Positions 61,101-64,000 of a stretch of 64,000 nt of DNA are shown here, piece after piece. How positions within the stretch are numbered: position 1 is the stretch's first letter; each line of letters starts with the position of its first letter. Below the pieces are notes generated by a model. It was not told the DNA's origin. It made no database searches and was given only the letters and a program-made list of their open reading frames with translations. Origin of the DNA: Raillietiella orientalis (taxonomy: Eukaryota); the NCBI GenBank assembly GCA_036172245.1, contig JAYWIR010000066.1, forward strand, positions 62,001 to 126,000, written 5' to 3'. Position numbers and translations under genes: made by a program.

Positions 61101-63387
61101 ATGGAGATGCCGAGCTGCAGCGTGATCATCACGATCTCGGAGGGCGCGCCCTTGCTCGCGGAGATGTGCAGCAGCACCATCTCCGCCACCCCTCTGTCGG
61201 CCAGGCGCAGCTGCTTGAACAGCAGGACCTGCTTCTCCATCTCCTGCTCCTGTATGGTGGCGCCGTTCTCCTCCTCCTCGTCCTGGTCCGCGGAATCCTC
61301 GCTCTCGTCCTCCCCGCAGGAGGAGGACATGATGTTGCTGTACTTCGTGTAGAGGGCGTCCTGCAGCACGAGACCCCTGCGCTCGCTGACTGCCTGGCGG
61401 CAGAACGCGTTGACGATCTGGGCGAGAGGGTCGGGCTTGCTGTCGTCGCCGGCGGACTCTTTCTTCTTGCGCTCCGCTTCCTCGAACGAGATCTGGGGGG
61501 CAGAGGAGCGACCGCGGGGGATAGAAGGTGCGAGATCACCGGGCGTTGTACCGTGAGGTCCTCTATAAGCACCTCCAGGTTCTTGACATCCTGCATGAGC
61601 CACAGCTCCCTGTACGACCCGAGGAAGACGTTGATGCAGCGGTGAACGGGGAGCGAGTGGAGGGACACGTGGCGTAGGCACGCGATCACCGCCCTCTTCC
61701 TCTGGATGGAGACCAACGAGCGGTGGGAGCTTTTGCTCTCGAACTGTGGGTGGTCGATCTGGAAAAGACGGCCGATGGGCATCGTCTCGGGAGGGCGGCA
61801 CGGTCTCTCTGGGGCATCCCCAAGGACGGTCGAGGGGAAGAAGAGAGGACAAGATGCAGGGCCTCCGACACCCTCATGAGGGCTTCTTGGATCCCCGGAA
61901 ACCGTAGAACACCCCTTACCTCAGCAAGACTGGAGCGACAGAGTAAAATCCGCGCTGCCGGGAGCGATCTCTATGCCCACGGTCGCCCTCTGGGGTGTGC
62001 GACCGTGCGCAAAGAAGCTGGACCTGTCTTAGACGCGCGCTGTGACCCCGACAGGCACCCTCCACAACCGGAGGACTTCCGGAACCAACCGCAGCATCCC
62101 GTGGACAAGACACTTCCAATTCTCCCCCGAGGATATGAGTCCTTGTATTCCTCGCTTACTTCCGGGAAAAACTGGCGGGACAGGATCGAGTACGGTCAGG
62201 CCAGCGCACAGCGGTGGACGTGGAGGGATACGCCTTCTCGTGGACCCTGATCCTTCGCAGTAGTTCGGTGAACTGCTCTATACTCTCATTCGGCTAGCAT
62301 CCTGGTCGTTCGTTTGCAGGATGACGTCACCAACCCTCAGTCTGCCGTCGCGTGTTCGCCGGGCGGTCCTGGTGGACGGTGCTGACGAAGACGCGGCCGT
62401 CCTTGTCCTGCCTCAGGCTGAAGCCGTACCACCGTTGCCGTCGAGGGTCACGTTCAGATACTCCGCGCAGGAGAAGCCCTCCTGGGAGCTCCGGAACTCC
62501 GAGGGGAGCTCGATATTGACATTGGCGGAGGGGAGGAGGTGCCCGGAAGGATGGAAAACCTGGCGCCGCGCCACTTGAGGAAGTTGGCGCGTCGGCCGGG
62601 GCGCCTGAGGCAGGCGCCCGCGGATACGGTGCCGCACAAGAGAGCGCTGCCGGAGAGGGTCGCGGACCTCCCTCCCAGGGAGAAGAGGAGGAAGGAACGC
62701 TAGCGGAGGTGCCTTGCCGCCACAGGAGCGGAACACAACGGCCTCCGGACATCTCCTGCCCGACCCCAACGAGCGGCTCCTCGCCCTCGCCGCCGGAGGT
62801 CATCCTGCAGGTGACACTAACGTATTCCTAGAAGCGGCGCCTCGGAAGGGCCGCAACCCTCCCGGAGAAGCGTCCGTGTGGGGGGCTCCTGGGCGCTCCC
62901 GGCGGGGGTGTAGGAAGCAGCACAGTCCCATGGCCGGCGGACAGCACGTCCGTCCGTCCACTCGCAGGCGCAGGGAGGAAGGGTAGGATGAAGATGAGCG
63001 GGGGCCTTTCGGACGGCGGGGGGAGGTGGGAGGGTCACGGGATAAGAACGAGCGCGCGCGCCTGAGGCCTCTTCCAGGTGTGCCGCCGTACGAGGCTTCT
63101 CGGCAATGCCGGGAGAATACGAGTCAAGAGAGTGGGTAGGTAAGGGGGGGGAGGGCGGTGAGGGACAGTGCGCGAGCAATTACCATGTGCAGTCCGTACA
63201 AGACCTTGGCGATGCTCATGATGCTCTCCACCAGCGCTTCCAGCTGAGGCTGAGGAGAACTCATCTTGCGCCCTCCCAGCTGGGCGTACAGCTCGTGCTG
63301 CCAGCACTTGGGGTCGGAAGGGTCGAATTTTTCGGGAAGGCAGAAGTAGGTCCGGATGTGCTCCGCGATCTCCGGCTCTTTCACTTT
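36996..63387 (-). CDS. RyR: Ryanodine receptor, 3' portion (28 exons, 4335 nt, about 1444 aa); gene continues beyond the window
   Basis: All exons splice in frame at GT(GC)-AG sites. Contains the RIH-associated domain ([24 protein letters not shown]), EF hands, TM segments ([16 protein letters not shown]), pore motif [10 protein letters not shown], zinc finger CFICG...HNLANY and terminus [26 protein letters not shown]. Confidence 0.98.
37217..37382 (-). CDS. RyR: RyR exon (S6 end, zinc finger)
   Basis: [13 protein letters not shown]...[30 protein letters not shown]. Confidence 0.95.
37478..37634 (-). CDS. RyR: RyR exon (pore loop/S6)
   Basis: [20 protein letters not shown]...[21 protein letters not shown]. 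Confidence 0.95.
37693..37824 (-). CDS. RyR: RyR exon (S5)
   Basis: [27 protein letters not shown]...KCHDMFT. Confidence 0.95.
37902..38048 (-). CDS. RyR: RyR exon (S3-S4)
   Basis: SFLYSLWYF...[30 protein letters not shown]. Confidence 0.95.
38131..38191 (-). CDS. RyR: RyR exon
   Basis: [20 protein letters not shown]. Confidence 0.93.
38485..39050 (-). mobile_element. tRNA-headed SINE-like family, copy D (RyR intron)
   Basis: TTTTGGTTCGCCAAGTGCTGAAGAAC shared with copy E; GATGTCTTGGAAGG; ACCAGCGCCATCTTGCG; B-box complement GGATTTGAACC at about 38985-38995. Confidence 0.7.
40172..40327 (-). CDS. RyR: RyR exon
   Basis: [36 protein letters not shown]. Confidence 0.95.
40390..40520 (-). CDS. 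RyR: RyR exon
   Basis: [39 protein letters not shown]. Confidence 0.95.
40579..40842 (-). CDS. RyR: RyR exon (luminal loop, S2)
   Basis: ...[38 protein letters not shown]. Confidence 0.93.
40908..40994 (-). CDS. RyR: RyR exon (S1)
   Basis: [29 protein letters not shown]. Confidence 0.95.
41590..42088. mobile_element. AT-rich MITE-like element, copy M4 (RyR intron)
   Basis: AT-rich island with AACACGTATATTA-like units spaced about 25 bp apart, ending in TATTTTTATGATCTTTCGGGATTTCGACC (about 42058-42086). Confidence 0.55.
42850..43009 (-). CDS. RyR: RyR exon (end of divergent region)
   Basis: [22 protein letters not shown]...[20 protein letters not shown] donor; joins SFLARNFY in frame. Confidence 0.85.
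44153..44275 (-). CDS. RyR: RyR exon (divergent region)
   Basis: 123-nt phase 2-2 exon [20 protein letters not shown]...ELQ; good acceptor TTCTTTGCAG; keeps the frame. Confidence 0.6.
45920..46111 (-). CDS. RyR: RyR exon (divergent region, GC donor)
   Basis: [22 protein letters not shown]...EQEDS; donor AG/GCGAGT. Confidence 0.75.
46165..46359 (-). CDS. RyR: RyR exon
   Basis: [13 protein letters not shown]...FSPKQL...[26 protein letters not shown]. Confidence 0.85.
46720..47640 (-). mobile_element. tRNA-headed SINE-like family, copy E (longest; RyR intron)
   Basis: Minus-strand head with B-box GGTTCGAATCC (47570-47580); conserved body; several degenerate units of about 36 bp (about 46950-47290); purine-rich tail region. 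Confidence 0.75.
48641..48837 (-). CDS. RyR: RyR exon
   Basis: [41 protein letters not shown]. Confidence 0.95.
51042..51198 (-). CDS. RyR: RyR exon
   Basis: [52 protein letters not shown]. Confidence 0.95.
51941..52102 (-). CDS. RyR: RyR exon (EF hand 2)
   Basis: [52 protein letters not shown]. Confidence 0.95.
52230..53150 (-). mobile_element. tRNA-headed SINE-like family, copy F (RyR intron)
   Basis: Minus-strand head GGCCTTGTGGTTAAGGC...GCGGGTTCGAATAC (A-box/D-arm and B-box/T-arm like); internal CTCCGGAGGGAACCCGCAAGGG repeats. Confidence 0.75.
54087..54166 (-). CDS. RyR: RyR exon (EF hand 1)
   Basis: [26 protein letters not shown]. Confidence 0.93.
55339..55801. mobile_element. hAT/Charlie-like MITE remnant (RyR intron)
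   Basis: Left end CGGTGTTTCCCAAACT; right end AGTTCGGGCAGCGCCG (12/16 match to the inverted left end), preceded by repeated GGAACAC/GTTCCGCGGAAC subterminal motifs. No TSD visible. Confidence 0.5.
56113..56178 (-). CDS. RyR: RyR exon
   Basis: [22 protein letters not shown]. Confidence 0.93.
56716..56786 (-). CDS. RyR: RyR exon
   Basis: [23 protein letters not shown]. Confidence 0.95.
56834..56979 (-). CDS. RyR: RyR exon
   Basis: [48 protein letters not shown]. Confidence 0.95.
57041..57210 (-). CDS. RyR: RyR exon
   Basis: [54 protein letters not shown]. Confidence 0.95.
57260..57348 (-). CDS. RyR: RyR exon
   Basis: [29 protein letters not shown]. Confidence 0.95.
57604..57758 (-). CDS. 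RyR: RyR exon
   Basis: [17 protein letters not shown]...[24 protein letters not shown]. Confidence 0.95.
59200..60010 (+). mobile_element. Decayed LINE reverse transcriptase fragment in a RyR intron (antisense to RyR)
   Basis: Collinear degenerate motifs [24 protein letters not shown] (PSNYRPISLTS), FFSENQ...ETRL (LSENQHGFR...ETQL), LESFGF...ERFL and GKAQGSSI (GVPQGS). Confidence 0.5.
60253..60329 (-). CDS. RyR: RyR exon
   Basis: [25 protein letters not shown]. Confidence 0.95.
61070..61492 (-). CDS. RyR: RyR exon
   Basis: ISFEEAE...PDPLAQIV..F...[35 protein letters not shown]...GGNTKIQM. Confidence 0.95.
61552..61758 (-). CDS. RyR: RyR exon (CaM-binding segment)
   Basis: IDHPQ...[35 protein letters not shown]...LIEDLT. 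Confidence 0.93.
62190..62520 (-). pseudogene. Frameshifted, intronless PDZ-domain coding remnant inside a RyR intron
   Basis: Correcting four frameshifts gives [78 protein letters not shown], a full canonical PDZ pattern (GFSL loop, VFVS.V, DGRL.VGD.IL..N). Confidence 0.7.
63184..63387 (-). CDS. RyR: RyR exon (most 5' exon recognised in the window)
   Basis: [38 protein letters not shown]...[11 protein letters not shown]. Confidence 0.9.
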
Positions 63388-64000
63388 CTGGAAAGACAAA
63401 TGGGGAAATCGCCGTCTCGAATCTCCCCTTCTCCCTGGTCACTCGCGCCTTTGTCTGCGTGGCGACCGGGCATCCGCGCTCAGCACGGCGCGGATCCGCC
63501 ACTGGAGCTACGCGGTTGGCGCTGAGTGCAGTTCGCCTCTCCCGGGAGACCAGCAGCATCTTGAAGAGGCGCGCGTTTCTTTCGCCAAAATTGCGAGACG
63601 CCAGGAAGCCTCTGGTTCCTCAGGAAGCAGAGGCGGTCCAGAACCTTCCCCTGTACCGCCATCCTTACTGAGGCGTCGCGGGTCTTCGAACGGAGGAGGC
63701 ATAGAATAGGGAGCAGCAATCCGGAAACCCTATCTTCATTTAAAACGTAGCAGGGAGAGGCGTGCTTCAAGCAACGCCCATGTGGAACGCCTGTGGGCAA
63801 CTTTCCCACGAGGGCCAGCCGCAGCATCTGTCGCGAGAGCAGAGCCCGCAAGTTCGAAGGCGTGGACCGCAAGAGAGAAAAAGAAAAATGGGCAGATCAA
63901 CGGTCCTACTGACCGGCGTCCCCCCGCTGCCGTCTCCCGGAACCGAACAGGGTTGCTGGGTGAGGACTCAAGGAAACGGTGATGGGATCCATCTCGTTTC

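Noticed and set aside
60692..61645. 317-aa plus-strand ORF
   Set aside because: Antisense shadow of high-GC3 RyR exons.
1..64000. Prokaryotic or viral defence system, or horizontally transferred operon
   Set aside because: All supported genes have spliceosomal introns; no operon-like ORF packing, cas, restriction or phage genes were seen.

Overview
Eukaryotic, intron-rich DNA, most likely from an arthropod, judging by the insect/chelicerate-type RyR sequence. It is not prokaryotic, and no CRISPR array, operon, rRNA or true tRNA gene is visible. Three protein-coding genes are supported: (i) a complete 8-exon TFIIA large-subunit gene (2501-4450, minus); (ii) a 2-exon gene for an unrecognised secreted protein with an acidic N-half and a Lys-rich C-half (8392-9835, plus); (iii) the last 28 exons (about 1444 aa) of a ryanodine receptor (36996-63387, minus, continuing off the right edge). 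The roughly 26 kb between genes ii and iii, and the large RyR introns, are full of transposon remains. These include decayed Ty3/gypsy pol and integrase pieces, several decayed LINE ORF2 pieces, a non-autonomous piggyBac with perfect TIRs, six copies of a long tRNA-headed SINE-like family with an internal minisatellite, and four AT-rich MITE-like elements, one of which carries a 25/75-bp higher-order tandem array. A frameshifted PDZ-domain pseudogene lies inside a RyR intron. All family assignments come from motif recognition by eye; no searches were run.
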